64,000 nt of DNA from Pseudomonadota bacterium (GTDB lineage Bacteria > Myxococcota_A > Polyangia > JAAYKL01). The position numbers and the translations under genes are program-made. Under the pieces are notes generated by a model. The model saw only the letters and a list, made by a program, of their open reading frames with translations. It made no database searches and had not been told where the DNA came from. The stretch lies in NCBI GenBank assembly GCA_023229365.1, contig JALNZK010000002.1:254343-318342 (forward strand), written 5' to 3'. Positions 19,128 to 29,387 of the stretch are shown here, in pieces (the first letter of the stretch is position 1; every line of letters starts with the position of its first letter).

Positions 19128-19630
19128 TTATTGATATAGGCCCTGTCATATCGAAGCGACAGATCGCAGGTACAATATTCTGATGTACCCATATCTAAAT
19201 CTCCGAATTCTATAGATTCTGGCCATACATTCTCTAGTATCCATTCTTCTACAACGCTTCCGCACCCATCTAACATTTCTAAAGTAACTCTGGGAATTAC
19301 AAATGCAGTTGATGGGTCTTTCCAAGTTGCATCATTTTGTGGATCATATTGTTTTTTAAGCCATTCGAAAACTGGATGTTTGTTTTTTTTGAGATCAAAT
19401 AATGTTAGAGTAATCGGCTTCCAGTCTGGTTTGGTGGGTCGATAAATTATCTCATTCAGATGTTGTATTTCCATTGTCTTAAAACTAAGACCAGGACGTG
19501 ATGCCTTAGATGGCGGCAAACAATTAGTGCCGGAAGCAGATATGTTTTCAATTTTCAGAAGCCATCTGAATTTTTGTTTATAACAAGTTGTTGGCTTTTC
19601 AAGACCAAACTGAAGACCCATTAAACCCAT
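19124..19630 (-). CDS. Contractile tail tube protein (gp19-like), paralog 2
   Basis: KFRWLLKIENIS...WKPITLTLFD pattern shared with the adjacent paralog and gp19-family tube proteins. Adjacent to the sheath gene. Confidence 0.55.
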   Translation of the reverse strand: MGLMGLQFGLEKPTTCYKQKFRWLLKIENISASGTNCLPPSKASRPGLSFKTMEIQHLNEIIYRPTKPDWKPITLTLFDLKKNKHPVFEWLKKQYDPQNDATWKDPSTAFVIPRVTLEMLDGCGSVVEEWILENVWPESIEFGDLDMGTSEYCTCDLSLRYDRAYINN

Positions 19631-19643
19631 ATTTATTGTTCTC

Positions 19644-19685
19644 CAAAAAACAATGGTACGTGAACATATTTTTCACGTACCATTG
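19644..19685 (-). terminator. Rho-independent terminator/attenuator between the two tube paralogs
   Basis: Perfect 14-bp stem caatggtacgtgaa / ttcacgtaccattg with a 7-nt loop, followed on the minus strand by UUUUUU, then RBS GGAGAA and the next ATG. Confidence 0.6.
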
Positions 19686-19710
19686 TATAATAGTCAATAA
19701 CCATGCGATT

Positions 19711-20268
19711 TTATTCTTGGCAATCCAAGCAACCGCAGCTACCCTGTTGAACTGGGCAACGGCTTTCGTATTTGACGTTTGTATATCGAAGCGTAAGTTT
19801 CACTTCGCAAATGTCATTACTATCCATTGCCAAATCCCCGAAATCGATAGCTTTGGGCCAAACGGCATCCAGTGTCCATGTTTCCATGTCGTTTCCGCAA
19901 CCATCATACAAGACTAGTGTAGCAACACCCTTGTATTTTTGGAGCTTGGAGTTTTGTTGCAACTCAACTGGTTTCGTAAAGTCGTAAGTTGCAGTAAGCC
20001 ATCGGAACAAAGTTCCAATTTCCGTACTGTTGCAATCATAATACGTTACTTCTAATGGTTGCCAAGTGCCCTTGCCAGGAATCCATGTTTTAGCATTGAG
20101 GAAGTTCACTTCTGTTTCTTCAATGTCTAAATTAGGTCTAGCTGCTGTCTTAACAAAGTGATAGTCGATATCGCCGCACTCTGTTTTTAGCTTAAAAGTC
20201 CATCGAAACTTCCTTTTAAACACTCTAGTATCAAGGCCAATTGGACCTAAACCCATTGGTATACCCAT
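19711..20268 (-). CDS. Contractile tail tube protein (gp19-like), paralog 1
   Basis: RKFRWTFKLKTEC...WQPLEVTYYD...WPKAIDFGDL. Immediately downstream of the sheath. Confidence 0.55.
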   Translation of the reverse strand: MGIPMGLGPIGLDTRVFKRKFRWTFKLKTECGDIDYHFVKTAARPNLDIEETEVNFLNAKTWIPGKGTWQPLEVTYYDCNSTEIGTLFRWLTATYDFTKPVELQQNSKLQKYKGVATLVLYDGCGNDMETWTLDAVWPKAIDFGDLAMDSNDICEVKLTLRYTNVKYESRCPVQQGSCGCLDCQE

Positions 20269-20348
20269 AGTATCTTCTCCTTTTATTTATTAAACAAGAG
20301 CCTGTGGCGGTCTTTTAGACCGCCACCGGCTTATTTTGTGTGGCCCTA

Positions 20349-22709
20349 TTATGTATAGGGTTGTTCGGTATTTTCGGTCCAGCTACCAGTACGATGGATG
20401 CTGAATTCAATAAACATAAATTCGACTGCCTTAACCGGCTGTACACCGATCTTCGCACGGAATTCATTGCGGTCAACTACATCTGGGGTGTTGATGTCCC
20501 AGCCGCATTCTATGATATAATCATATAGACCTCTGCCAATTTTAATTTGTTCCAAGATACCCGAAGCTAAGGTGATGAATTTCTTGTGGAATTCATCATC
20601 ATGGGGATCGAACAACATAAGTTTGGACTGTGATCTGATTTGTTTTTCAATAACAAACATCAGGCGGCGAACATTAACCCGATCCAATGCTGTTGGGGAA
20701 CGTTGCATCGTTTTTTGTCCCCATACCACAAAGTTCTGCAAGTCGTTGAATTGAACGACAGGATTGATGCAGTTTCTGTTTCCATACATTGCATCTCTTT
20801 CCGCCAATGTCGGACGACTGAATACGTCAGTGATATTGGGAACGATACCACGAGTCGCACCAGCGGGAGCAAACCACGGCTCTGTCAAGAAATCGTTCCT
20901 GGCATAAACTGCCATGATGCTTCCAGATGGCGGTATCCATACGTCTACGTGATTGTAAGTATCACGCAGTTTCAACCACGGCCAGTAAAGTGCCAAGAAG
21001 TCTGAATTGAAACGAGTGCCGTTCAATGGATGTGTACCATTTTGCCAAGCAATGATTTCATTGACAGTGAGACCAAATGGCGGGTCTACAATTCCCATGC
21101 AGTCCATTCGATAGTTTTGGCACAAATCAATCATTGCTTCAACGATATCTGTGGAACTACGACCAGGAACAGCGACCATATCAATGTCAATTTGTTCTGG
21201 TTCGGATACGGCGAACATTCCCGTGTATCCCAAAGCACTACCAATCAACAGTGTGTCTTGATCTACTGGATCGGCAGGAATACCATCCGAGCCACCAGAC
21301 AAGGTATACACACCATCTAAAGGCGATGCATGATTTGTTGCGTCATCTGTAACCCTAACGAAATCTGAAACCAGTGACAAATAGCTTTCTACATAAAAAC
21401 GACTGGTTTGATCTTTGGTAAGATTACCCCATGCCTCTACTTCGACGCCATTGTTGTAAACCATCATGGAGAACACGCCTTCTCGAATATCGTTTACAAT
21501 TTCAACTGTGGTTTCGTTGCCTTCGATACCCGGCGAATCGGCTTGTAATGTGAAAGTATAAGTTCCAGGTGTTGCTGTTCCACCAACAACCTTGCCATAG
21601 GTATAAACAGCGGCATCACCACTCACACCCTCTGGTTCGCAATTGCCAACTGCATAGCAACCACGATGGGTGCTGTTGTCTAGTCCAAACATGGATGCAG
21701 TGCTGTCGGATTTGACCAACAAGCGGGCATCAATGCCTTTGTGCAAAGTAGTTAAAGTTAAATTGCTTCCGCTTGCAGACGCTTCAAATCCGCCAGGAAT
21801 TGTACCGGCTGTAATTTGATCGTTGATTTCAGTTACAACGTCAGCAGTAGTAATAGGCTGTGACAATAGTTCTAAGGCCGATAAATCTATTGTTTGCACC
21901 ACATTATCAATTAGCACACTATCTGTGCCATCGATGACAACTTGCAAATTAAGATTAGTTACGCCAGTAAGATTCCATGTGCCAGCAGCAGTGTATCCAT
22001 CATCTGGATATTTGGCCAACAAACCTGTTAGCGTTGCTTCGACCATATCTGTGCCGATACCCATCACAGTATACGCATCATTCAGAACAGATAACAATTC
22101 TAAACTAGAGTCTGGACCATAAGCCCAAATAGTTCTTAGTCCAATTTTGTCGCCAGTGCCGACAAAGAATTCAATGCCATCATATGTGGCATCTAATTGT
22201 TCGTTGAGCAATGCAACCAATTCAGTGCATGTATAAGTGCCGTGCAACACAAACAATGTTTTGGATGCATCAACACCATTGAGCGACCATTTGAAAAAAT
22301 AGTCATTCGGACCAGCAAAAACATAGTCACCAGCGGTGTTAGATTGTATAACAATCTGAGTACCTGCTGCATCAACTCCTATTTCGGCGGTTGCTGCATA
22401 TTCATCACTCACTTGGTCTTGATCTCCTACACGCACAATATAAAGCTCGTTAGCAACGGTTAAATATTGTTCGGCAGCATAGATCAAGTAAGGATCGCCC
22501 ACATCAGGATGTGGGTAACCAAAAGTTCTATGAAGCGTATTGTAGTCTGTTACCAATGTGGGTTGGTTGATTGGACCTTTGCTAGCAAATCCTATCAAAG
22601 CAGCCCTATGAAACGTCTGCTCGGTAGCGATAAAACTAAGGTCTTGCTCTGTAATTCGCACGCTTGGCGAAATTGTATTGCTTGGCGGAAATCCCCTTAA
22701 AATCGGCAT
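20349..22709 (-). CDS. Contractile tail sheath protein (T4 gp18-like)
   Basis: N-terminal AALIGFASKGPINQPTLVTDYNTLHRTFGYP...YLTVANELYIVRVGD parallels gp18 AALAGKFQWGP...VNTFGQP...FLQYGNDLRVVRAVD. 786 aa. Confidence 0.85.
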   Translation of the reverse strand: MPILRGFPPSNTISPSVRITEQDLSFIATEQTFHRAALIGFASKGPINQPTLVTDYNTLHRTFGYPHPDVGDPYLIYAAEQYLTVANELYIVRVGDQDQVSDEYAATAEIGVDAAGTQIVIQSNTAGDYVFAGPNDYFFKWSLNGVDASKTLFVLHGTYTCTELVALLNEQLDATYDGIEFFVGTGDKIGLRTIWAYGPDSSLELLSVLNDAYTVMGIGTDMVEATLTGLLAKYPDDGYTAAGTWNLTGVTNLNLQVVIDGTDSVLIDNVVQTIDLSALELLSQPITTADVVTEINDQITAGTIPGGFEASASGSNLTLTTLHKGIDARLLVKSDSTASMFGLDNSTHRGCYAVGNCEPEGVSGDAAVYTYGKVVGGTATPGTYTFTLQADSPGIEGNETTVEIVNDIREGVFSMMVYNNGVEVEAWGNLTKDQTSRFYVESYLSLVSDFVRVTDDATNHASPLDGVYTLSGGSDGIPADPVDQDTLLIGSALGYTGMFAVSEPEQIDIDMVAVPGRSSTDIVEAMIDLCQNYRMDCMGIVDPPFGLTVNEIIAWQNGTHPLNGTRFNSDFLALYWPWLKLRDTYNHVDVWIPPSGSIMAVYARNDFLTEPWFAPAGATRGIVPNITDVFSRPTLAERDAMYGNRNCINPVVQFNDLQNFVVWGQKTMQRSPTALDRVNVRRLMFVIEKQIRSQSKLMLFDPHDDEFHKKFITLASGILEQIKIGRGLYDYIIECGWDINTPDVVDRNEFRAKIGVQPVKAVEFMFIEFSIHRTGSWTENTEQPYT

Positions 22710-22711
22710 AG

Positions 22712-22939
22712 TTATTCTCCCTTATTAAGTTCTTTATTTGGTATATACTTCGTGGTTATAAGTTTAAGTTGTTTTTCAGCCCTTTGAACATATTCGGTAG
22801 TAAGTTCATCGGCTAAATAATAAACGTTGTGACCACTACCCAATCCAGGTATGTTTAAACAAGTCATTGAGTGTGGCTGTTTCCTATTCTTGATAACCAG
22901 TTGTATGGGGCTTCTTTGTTTGTTGGTAATTTCAATCAT
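22712..22939 (-). CDS. Small hypothetical protein upstream of sheath
   Basis: 75-aa ORF tightly packed between two tail genes. Confidence 0.35.
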   Translation of the reverse strand: MIEITNKQRSPIQLVIKNRKQPHSMTCLNIPGLGSGHNVYYLADELTTEYVQRAEKQLKLITTKYIPNKELNKGE

Positions 22940-22951
22940 TGTCTTTTTCCA

Positions 22952-23971
22952 CTATTTGTCCAAATCATTTACAGCAACTTCTATTCTGTTGAATACTTCA
23001 GTGATGTCTTCTTCTTTCACCGAATTGTAAACATCTGTTTTCATATCCAACACAGCTTTTCTACGAATGATTGGCTGTGGTATATATGTTTCTGCTGTTA
23101 AATTAAATTCGTATTTTATTACTCTTTTTTTTTCTCCCGGTTCTACATCTAAATTATTGGCCACACTGTCCAAGGTGACAATTGATTCCCATTGCACACC
23201 CCTAACAGCTATGTATGCAATGGGGCTAAATTTTAATTGGATTTGTTCCACTATTTGGTTCATATCTTCCACATAAAGCGTCCAAGCATATAAAGTATAG
23301 CCAATTTTTACGGGAAGTCCCCATGCCACGCCAAAAACTGTATCTCTTTCTTTGCGTTCTTTTACAGTAAAAGTAGGCTTATTATCGGGACGATACTTCA
23401 GGTAATTTACAGCCTTGTGATAAATATATCGATCTCTAAATAATTCAAAACTAGTATCACGGATAGCCAGCATTGGCAATTTAGGACGATCTGTTACCAA
23501 AGAATTATCTTTGCGAACATTATGCTGGAGAATAACAGCCACAGCCCTTTCTTGACTTCCCCAAATAATAGGCACCGGATGTGCTTTTCCATGAGTATCA
23601 ATAGTCACAAGTCCTGTAAACAAATCTCTTACCGCTTCATCACACCCTCTTTTAGCTTTTGTGTATCGATAAACATATTCTCTGGTAGGGTGCTCTAAAT
23701 CATTGATAATTTGGCCTGTTTGCATTGGATCGCAATTGCGATGCTTGCCAAGTGGAGAATTTTCACAATTAGCATCAAGCCAGCCATAATCTATCCCTGT
23801 TTTTACTCTATTTAAACTATCTCGATCATCTTCACAGTATTTTGGTGTGATATCGTTATTCATGTCTCCTTGCAAACCAATATCATTGCAAGGATTCAAG
23901 GATTGCTGATCGGGATTACCAGGGTTTACATTTGCCACAAAAACTCCTAAATGAAATACTTCAATATTCAA
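22952..23971 (-). CDS. Putative tail-associated (sheath-initiator / completion-like) protein
   Basis: Position directly upstream of the sheath. No decisive motif. Confidence 0.3.
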   Translation of the reverse strand: MNIEVFHLGVFVANVNPGNPDQQSLNPCNDIGLQGDMNNDITPKYCEDDRDSLNRVKTGIDYGWLDANCENSPLGKHRNCDPMQTGQIINDLEHPTREYVYRYTKAKRGCDEAVRDLFTGLVTIDTHGKAHPVPIIWGSQERAVAVILQHNVRKDNSLVTDRPKLPMLAIRDTSFELFRDRYIYHKAVNYLKYRPDNKPTFTVKERKERDTVFGVAWGLPVKIGYTLYAWTLYVEDMNQIVEQIQLKFSPIAYIAVRGVQWESIVTLDSVANNLDVEPGEKKRVIKYEFNLTAETYIPQPIIRRKAVLDMKTDVYNSVKEEDITEVFNRIEVAVNDLDK

Positions 23972-24076
23972 AAATCCACAAAACGTATTCCAACTTATTC
24001 AGTGGTTGTTTCTCAGAAGTATTTATCCAAACCACAATTACCTTTACGATGGTTTAGAAACACTCCAAAAATCACA

Positions 24077-24616
24077 TCACTTGCCGACCGGGGCAACGGA
24101 CTTACCTTTGTTTCCTAAAACCTTAAATGGTTCAACTGTTCCGTTTTGAGCCACATGTCCTTTATAATCAGCACTTAAATCTTTTGTTAAATCACGAGTG
24201 CCTTTGGATTTCTTTTCATCACAAGCACATTTCTTCATGCCATGAGGTGCAGTAGGACGACCATCACACTCTCTTAACTCTACCCATTTGCCAAATTTCA
24301 TAATGTTTCCTTCGTGTCTGTATGGAAGTTCTGAACGATCACCCGAAGCAGCAGCCATTGCCCTTAGTTGCGTAACATCAGGACTGTAAGGAGTTGCTGA
24401 TCCTCTGGTCAGGGCGGTTGGTGGCAAGTTTCTTTTGGATGGTCGAATTGACCAAACAAGCTTGCCACTTAAAGGGGTTCTCGCAAGCCAATATTCTTCT
24501 CCTTCATGGTTGACCAAAGTTTCGTATCCATGTCTTGGTAGTTTGCCTTTCGCAAGTGCCAGAGCGTCTTGTTGGCTTATTTGAAGAAACCCATGATCGA
24601 TTGGTGTTGTTTTCAT
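24077..24616 (-). CDS. Hypothetical protein (possible structural)
   Basis: ORF in the structural-gene block. Confidence 0.35.
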   Translation of the reverse strand: MKTTPIDHGFLQISQQDALALAKGKLPRHGYETLVNHEGEEYWLARTPLSGKLVWSIRPSKRNLPPTALTRGSATPYSPDVTQLRAMAAASGDRSELPYRHEGNIMKFGKWVELRECDGRPTAPHGMKKCACDEKKSKGTRDLTKDLSADYKGHVAQNGTVEPFKVLGNKGKSVAPVGK

Positions 24617-24622
24617 AATACC

Positions 24623-25180
24623 TCAGTTTATTTTAAAGTCTGGTTTTTTTTGAGTAACTGTTCCCTCGCCCGTGGTGGTGCTTTCTTGGAATCTGACACA
24701 AACTAATTGCAAGCGAATCTCTGCCCACATTTTGTATTCACTTAATTTTCTTTGCACAATTTCCCAGTTTTCACCCTTATGAGGAGTGTAAATTCTAGAC
24801 CCGACCTTGGGAGGATGTCCAACAGTATCAAGAACCGCTCTATAATTTAATTCAAAGGTCATCTCATCATTAGAATCAATTCCATATGAGGATTGATAAT
24901 TTTGTTGAGTTACTGGCTCATACAGAGCCCACAATTGTATAGGAACGTTTGAAAATAATTTTCCCCTATCTTCCCAATACAACTCATCAACTGTATTGCT
25001 GGTCTGAATATAAACTTCATAATAGATAATAGGAGCCCCGGTACGTTGGATAAGTTCTTGATCCCAGAGATTAAAGGTATTAATTTCAGGATTGTTAGGA
25101 TCAAATTGTTGAGCAGAGCCAACTACGTTATAGGGCAACCCATCACTTCTTCTGATAGTCATATGGGTATTTATCCCCAC
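24623..25180 (-). CDS. Hypothetical protein (possible structural)
   Basis: ORF in the structural-gene block. Confidence 0.35.
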   Translation of the reverse strand: MGINTHMTIRRSDGLPYNVVGSAQQFDPNNPEINTFNLWDQELIQRTGAPIIYYEVYIQTSNTVDELYWEDRGKLFSNVPIQLWALYEPVTQQNYQSSYGIDSNDEMTFELNYRAVLDTVGHPPKVGSRIYTPHKGENWEIVQRKLSEYKMWAEIRLQLVCVRFQESTTTGEGTVTQKKPDFKIN

Positions 25181-25191
25181 AAGTTATATTT

Positions 25192-25602
25192 TTAGCCACC
25201 GCCTGCTAATTCAATTCTCGGACTCACAGCAATTGTTCCACCACCAGCAGGTAAATTAAATGGAGCACCAGCAAAACGCTCGGCCCATAATAACTCAAGC
25301 CCAGTAATATCAGTTACATAATAGCCGTACACTGTTGCCCCTGTTGTAAAAGTAAAAGTTTGCTGAGAATATAATCCAGTAGTTGTACCGCCAACTGATT
25401 GAACGGTCCACTGTGCAGAATCTAGTGTAATGGGACCATTATTATCAGTTGCAGGTGTGAATGTGCCCAAAGTATCTCCATGAGCAGGAGTAGTATCACT
25501 TTTATAGAGAACCATTACTTTGTCGTCCGCTGGGGCTGGGGACATATTCAAAATATATTGAAGTAAAAGAACTTCACCAACATCAGGACATACTATAGCC
25601 AT
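25192..25602 (-). CDS. Hypothetical Thr/Gly-rich protein (possible structural)
   Basis: ORF. T/G-rich beta-like composition. Confidence 0.35.
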   Translation of the reverse strand: MAIVCPDVGEVLLLQYILNMSPAPADDKVMVLYKSDTTPAHGDTLGTFTPATDNNGPITLDSAQWTVQSVGGTTTGLYSQQTFTFTTGATVYGYYVTDITGLELLWAERFAGAPFNLPAGGGTIAVSPRIELAGGG

Positions 25603-25669
25603 AATTTAACCTCGCTCTTTTTAAATATTTAAGCACCAAAAATGATTTCTTTACTCCATTAATAGAGTA

Positions 25670-26251
25670 ATGGCAATTAAAAACAAAGATGGCAGTATTT
25701 ATCAGCTTAATAAGCCAAATCCATTGACCGATGGGCAGGTTTGGCGGGATATGGTTTTTTACAATTGTTATTGGGAAGGCGAAACAGTCCCCGACACAAC
25801 TGTAAAACTTCCCCCCAAGAAATTTGAGTTACCTAAAATTGCTGCAAAGGAAATGGAACCCTTATCCAAACCAGAGCCTGTTCAGCCCTTGCCCGAACTT
25901 GATAAAAGCGAAATTCCAGAACGAGTGCTTAAAAATATTGTAAGTGTATATTGTCTGCCAGCAAAAATTGAAACGGAAAAAGATGAGCTATATGATGAAG
26001 AAAGAGAAGTTGTAAAATATGGGGAAAAATTCTCTTTTGAAGCTATTATGGTGGAACGAACTGATTTGTATATAAAAATATGGACACGCAAAATTTTACC
26101 AACACAATCAATTATTTACCCATCTGTATTTGTCAAGGGAGAAATAAAGTTTGGCGACTATCGTTGGTGGAAAGTGGTAGAAATGGAAGAAAAGTCAGGA
26201 GGTTATTTAGTAACATCCACACCCTCTGAACTGCAACCAGATTTTTCCTGA
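25670..26251 (+). CDS. Hypothetical protein
   Basis: ORF. Confidence 0.35.
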   Translation: MAIKNKDGSIYQLNKPNPLTDGQVWRDMVFYNCYWEGETVPDTTVKLPPKKFELPKIAAKEMEPLSKPEPVQPLPELDKSEIPERVLKNIVSVYCLPAKIETEKDELYDEEREVVKYGEKFSFEAIMVERTDLYIKIWTRKILPTQSIIYPSVFVKGEIKFGDYRWWKVVEMEEKSGGYLVTSTPSELQPDFS

Positions 26252-26541
26252 AATATAGGCTTTGGATTTGTAAGTTCCCCAGATTTAATAATTGCTTTAT
26301 GACCAGCCGACTCTAATGCTTGATGATGGTCTTCTACACATTTCAAATAAGCCACCTCATAGATGTCTACTACAAATCTACCGAAATCCTCCAAATCCTT
26401 TTGCGTAACTAACACGCCACAGATACGTTGCATTAGCTCATCGTGTTGCCCATATCTGTCTTTCAAAATCTGACTTACATATTTTCTTATCATCACAAGT
26501 TGTGGATGACTAAGAGCATTGACCCAATTTTCATTTGCCAT
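26203..26541 (-). CDS. Hypothetical protein
   Basis: ORF. Confidence 0.3.
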   Translation of the reverse strand: MANENWVNALSHPQLVMIRKYVSQILKDRYGQHDELMQRICGVLVTQKDLEDFGRFVVDIYEVAYLKCVEDHHQALESAGHKAIIKSGELTNPKPIFQEKSGCSSEGVDVTK

Positions 26542-26704
26542 TTTGTTTTTTCTCTTTTTTCTTCAACTTAACATCTCCTACTGACCGGAGTTTTCCACCG
26601 GATGGAGCCCCCTGCCAACCGCCAGACGCTCCCCCAGGGTCTTGCCCCACATAAGGCACACCAGCACCTGCTTCTCTCATTTTTATCCATTCAGAAAATT
26701 TCAT
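26531..26704 (-). CDS. Small Gly-rich protein with CTS-like N-terminus (MKFSEWIKMRE)
   Basis: The internal Met of ORF 26531..26782 gives an MKFSEW leader like the other CTS-like proteins and removes overlap with the divergent gene. Confidence 0.35.
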   Translation of the reverse strand: MKFSEWIKMREAGAGVPYVGQDPGGASGGWQGAPSGGKLRSVGDVKLKKKEKKQNGK

Positions 26705-26775
26705 ATTTGCACCTCCGTGCTCTATATATCCGTATGAACAACACATTAGCCATTTCCACGCCAAGCAAAACTTCA

Positions 26776-27615
26776 ATGGCATCCGTTACATGTAATGCGT
26801 CTTGTAGCGACCTCGGCCCAACAGACCCACTATACAAAAATCAATTGGGACCACGCAAAAAAAGAGAGCAAGTCCGAGAGCAAATCAAAGACTACGTTCT
26901 GCTAATGCTAGGAGCCCCTGTAAATAAAATAGAATTGGATCAACAAAATTTAGACTTCTGCGTAGATCAATCATTAAAAATTATTGAAGATTATGCCCCA
27001 AGGGAATACTTCAATTACTACACATTCATAGCCACCCCAGGTAAAAGTGTTTATGAAATGCCGCCCGAAGTTGGCATTATTAGAAATGTATATTATAAAA
27101 AACATGGAACTTTTGCCTTCCAAGCATCAGACTTAGATGGAGCCATTCCTATAGAATATTTCTACCCAGGCGGAAGCTATGCCAGCATTCAGGGAGGTTT
27201 AATTGACCCCATTCAACCCATTTGGGGGAGAATGGGAGAGTGGACATTGTATAAACAATACGAACAAACCTATTCTAGAATTAGTTCTAATATTGGTGGT
27301 TGGGAATTTATTAATGATATGAGAGCCGTCAAATTATATCCAACCCCCTATGCGGCCCAAAAAGTAATTGTCCAGTATTTACAAAAAATGAAAGACTGGG
27401 GCGAAGTTACACAATCCATGCAAGAACTCGCACTTACCTATGCCAAGGAAATGTTGGGAAGAATTAGAAGCAAATTCCAAACAGCCCCAGGCCCAGGTGG
27501 CGGGATTCAATTAGATGGACAAGCACTTCTGCAAGAAGCAAGAGAAGATAGAAAGCAACTTTTTGAAGATTTGATATACAAATTCGGTGAGCCTATGGGT
27601 CCATCGCTCGATTAG
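26776..27615 (+). CDS. Hypothetical protein (possible head/neck structural)
   Basis: ORF 26602..27615. Met at 26776 (MASVTCN...) avoids overlap with minus-strand genes. Confidence 0.35.
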   Translation: MASVTCNASCSDLGPTDPLYKNQLGPRKKREQVREQIKDYVLLMLGAPVNKIELDQQNLDFCVDQSLKIIEDYAPREYFNYYTFIATPGKSVYEMPPEVGIIRNVYYKKHGTFAFQASDLDGAIPIEYFYPGGSYASIQGGLIDPIQPIWGRMGEWTLYKQYEQTYSRISSNIGGWEFINDMRAVKLYPTPYAAQKVIVQYLQKMKDWGEVTQSMQELALTYAKEMLGRIRSKFQTAPGPGGGIQLDGQALLQEAREDRKQLFEDLIYKFGEPMGPSLD

Positions 27616-27631
27616 TGGGACCAACTCTTGA

Positions 27632-28426
27632 TTGAAAATCAAAATTTCTTTACTATATAATGTAAGGAGATTTTTTATGTTACAAAGAACGACAAAAGAG
27701 GTTGCACAATACTTTTCAGATAATAGATGCGAATTACTTGATGAATATATTGGTTGTATGAATAAAATGAAATATCGATGTTCTTGTGGCAACATTTCAT
27801 CAATTACTTGGAATAATTTTACTAAGGGCAAACGATGTGGGTGTGGCTCCAAGTATAGGAGAAGATATACATTTGAAGATGTAAATAAAATATTTACAGA
27901 TTATGGATTTGTTCTTATATCAAATGAATATCCTGGTTATAAAAACCCACTAAAATACAAGTGTAAATGTGGAGCAAATAGAGAAAAATCATTATATCAT
28001 TTTTTACATAATGGCAAACATTGTGATAAATGTGCTCATAAAATTATGGGTATGAAAAGACGCAATCCCAATCGCTCATTCGAACGTAAATTCAAAGCAA
28101 AAATGCATAAAGCTTTGCGAACTTGTCTACAAGCTATCGGCAAGACTAAGGCAGGACACACCGCCGATCTCTTGGGATATGGACCAAAGGACTTGCAAAC
28201 AAGAGTTACTAATCACCCAGACTGGCATAATGTAAAAGATCAAGTTTGGCATCTCGATCATATTTTCCCTATTCAGGCATTTATCCGCTATAAAATCAAT
28301 GATTTAAAACTCATCAATTGCCTTGAAAACCTTCGCCCAATGAATGGAAAGGAAAATGACATCAAGCACAATAGATACAATAAGCAGGATTTTGAGTTTT
28401 GGCTAAGACTCAAAGGAGCATTATGA
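27632..28426 (+). CDS. HNH homing endonuclease with N-terminal repeated Zn-binding modules
   Basis: HNH core WHLDHIFPI...NLRPMNGKENDIKHN. Three KYxCxCG...NF repeats. Confidence 0.7.
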   Translation: MKIKISLLYNVRRFFMLQRTTKEVAQYFSDNRCELLDEYIGCMNKMKYRCSCGNISSITWNNFTKGKRCGCGSKYRRRYTFEDVNKIFTDYGFVLISNEYPGYKNPLKYKCKCGANREKSLYHFLHNGKHCDKCAHKIMGMKRRNPNRSFERKFKAKMHKALRTCLQAIGKTKAGHTADLLGYGPKDLQTRVTNHPDWHNVKDQVWHLDHIFPIQAFIRYKINDLKLINCLENLRPMNGKENDIKHNRYNKQDFEFWLRLKGAL

Positions 28427-28596
28427 TTACGTTTAAAGAATGGCAAGAGGGAACAATTAAAGGGCTTCCAGAACTTGGATTTACGGGTGGACCCCCAGCT
28501 TTTCACGACATAGAAGATCGGGTTGAACAACTAGAAAACAAAGTTGATTTGTTGATGAAAATAGTACGACCCGAAACTATGCGGATTGCTTCTTAA
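28423..28596 (+). CDS. Small CTS-leader protein (candidate internal head protein)
   Basis: ATGA overlap with the HNH stop. N-terminus MITFKEWQEG. Confidence 0.4.
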   Translation: MITFKEWQEGTIKGLPELGFTGGPPAFHDIEDRVEQLENKVDLLMKIVRPETMRIAS

Positions 28597-28626
28597 AATC
28601 CTTTTACAAAAACTACATACTTTAGC

Positions 28627-29082
28627 ATGAATTTTAAAGAATTTATTACTGAGTCTACGACATCCAGGTATAGTGTCGAGGTAAATTACCGCACCAGAAA
28701 ACAAGAGGTTTTAGAAGCGGCGGGCAAAATTACCTTGGGCTATGTTAGTGCTGCTCTCAAACAAAATGGATATCATGTTAAACAATTGTTTGACGAAACA
28801 CCTATTCGCATTGTTGTTTCAACTCGCAATTTTGAAGAAGGCGAATGGGTTGGCTTCCTGATATTTTATTCTAAAGATGGCGGAAAATATGTGATTGCTA
28901 ATGGATTTTATAACAGAGGACAAAAAAGCGTATCATTACAAACTTGGAAGGATGCCAAAGGTGATTCCCCCGCTGAACTAGCCGCCGAGATGAGAACGGT
29001 TATGTTTGAATTAAAAGAACGCAAAGATCGACATTTGCCCAGCTTGAAGCCCATTCCTTTAAAAAGAGGACCAAAGAAATGA
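28627..29082 (+). CDS. CTS-leader protein (candidate internal head protein), 151 aa
   Basis: N-terminus MNFKEFITE (I-x-E site). Confidence 0.5.
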   Translation: MNFKEFITESTTSRYSVEVNYRTRKQEVLEAAGKITLGYVSAALKQNGYHVKQLFDETPIRIVVSTRNFEEGEWVGFLIFYSKDGGKYVIANGFYNRGQKSVSLQTWKDAKGDSPAELAAEMRTVMFELKERKDRHLPSLKPIPLKRGPKK

Positions 29083-29387
29083 AAACATATAAGGAATTTG
29101 CGGAACAAGTTGGTGATTTTAAAGATCAGGAAACTTTATTAAAGACCTTGGGCTTAAAATCTGTGCCTCCAAAAAAACAATTAAAAGTAGTTGGTAATAC
29201 AGAGCCTGAATATGATCCCCAAGCAGAAAAGGCACAAGGTGATTTATATGCCTCTTTGGTAAAAGAATTACAAGATTTATTGGACACTTTGGACTGGGAT
29301 GAAAGCAATGTGGTGGGAATTCAACAAGCTCTTGCTAAAATCAATCACCAGGGACAGGCTTATCTCAAGCATATATCAAGCAAATGA
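29079..29387 (+). CDS. CTS-leader protein (candidate internal head protein), 102 aa
   Basis: N-terminus MKTYKEFAEQ closely resembles the T4 IPIII CTS MKTYQEFIAE as recalled. Confidence 0.5.
   Translation: MKTYKEFAEQVGDFKDQETLLKTLGLKSVPPKKQLKVVGNTEPEYDPQAEKAQGDLYASLVKELQDLLDTLDWDESNVVGIQQALAKINHQGQAYLKHISSK

Noticed and set aside
19124-23971. Interpretation of the sheath/tube cluster as a bacterial contractile injection system (T6SS/eCIS) on a chromosome
   Set aside because: Co-occurrence with gp55-like late sigma factor, gp46/47 homologs, an HNH homing endonuclease, CTS-tagged proteins and phage-style gene packing argues for a T4-like virion tail.
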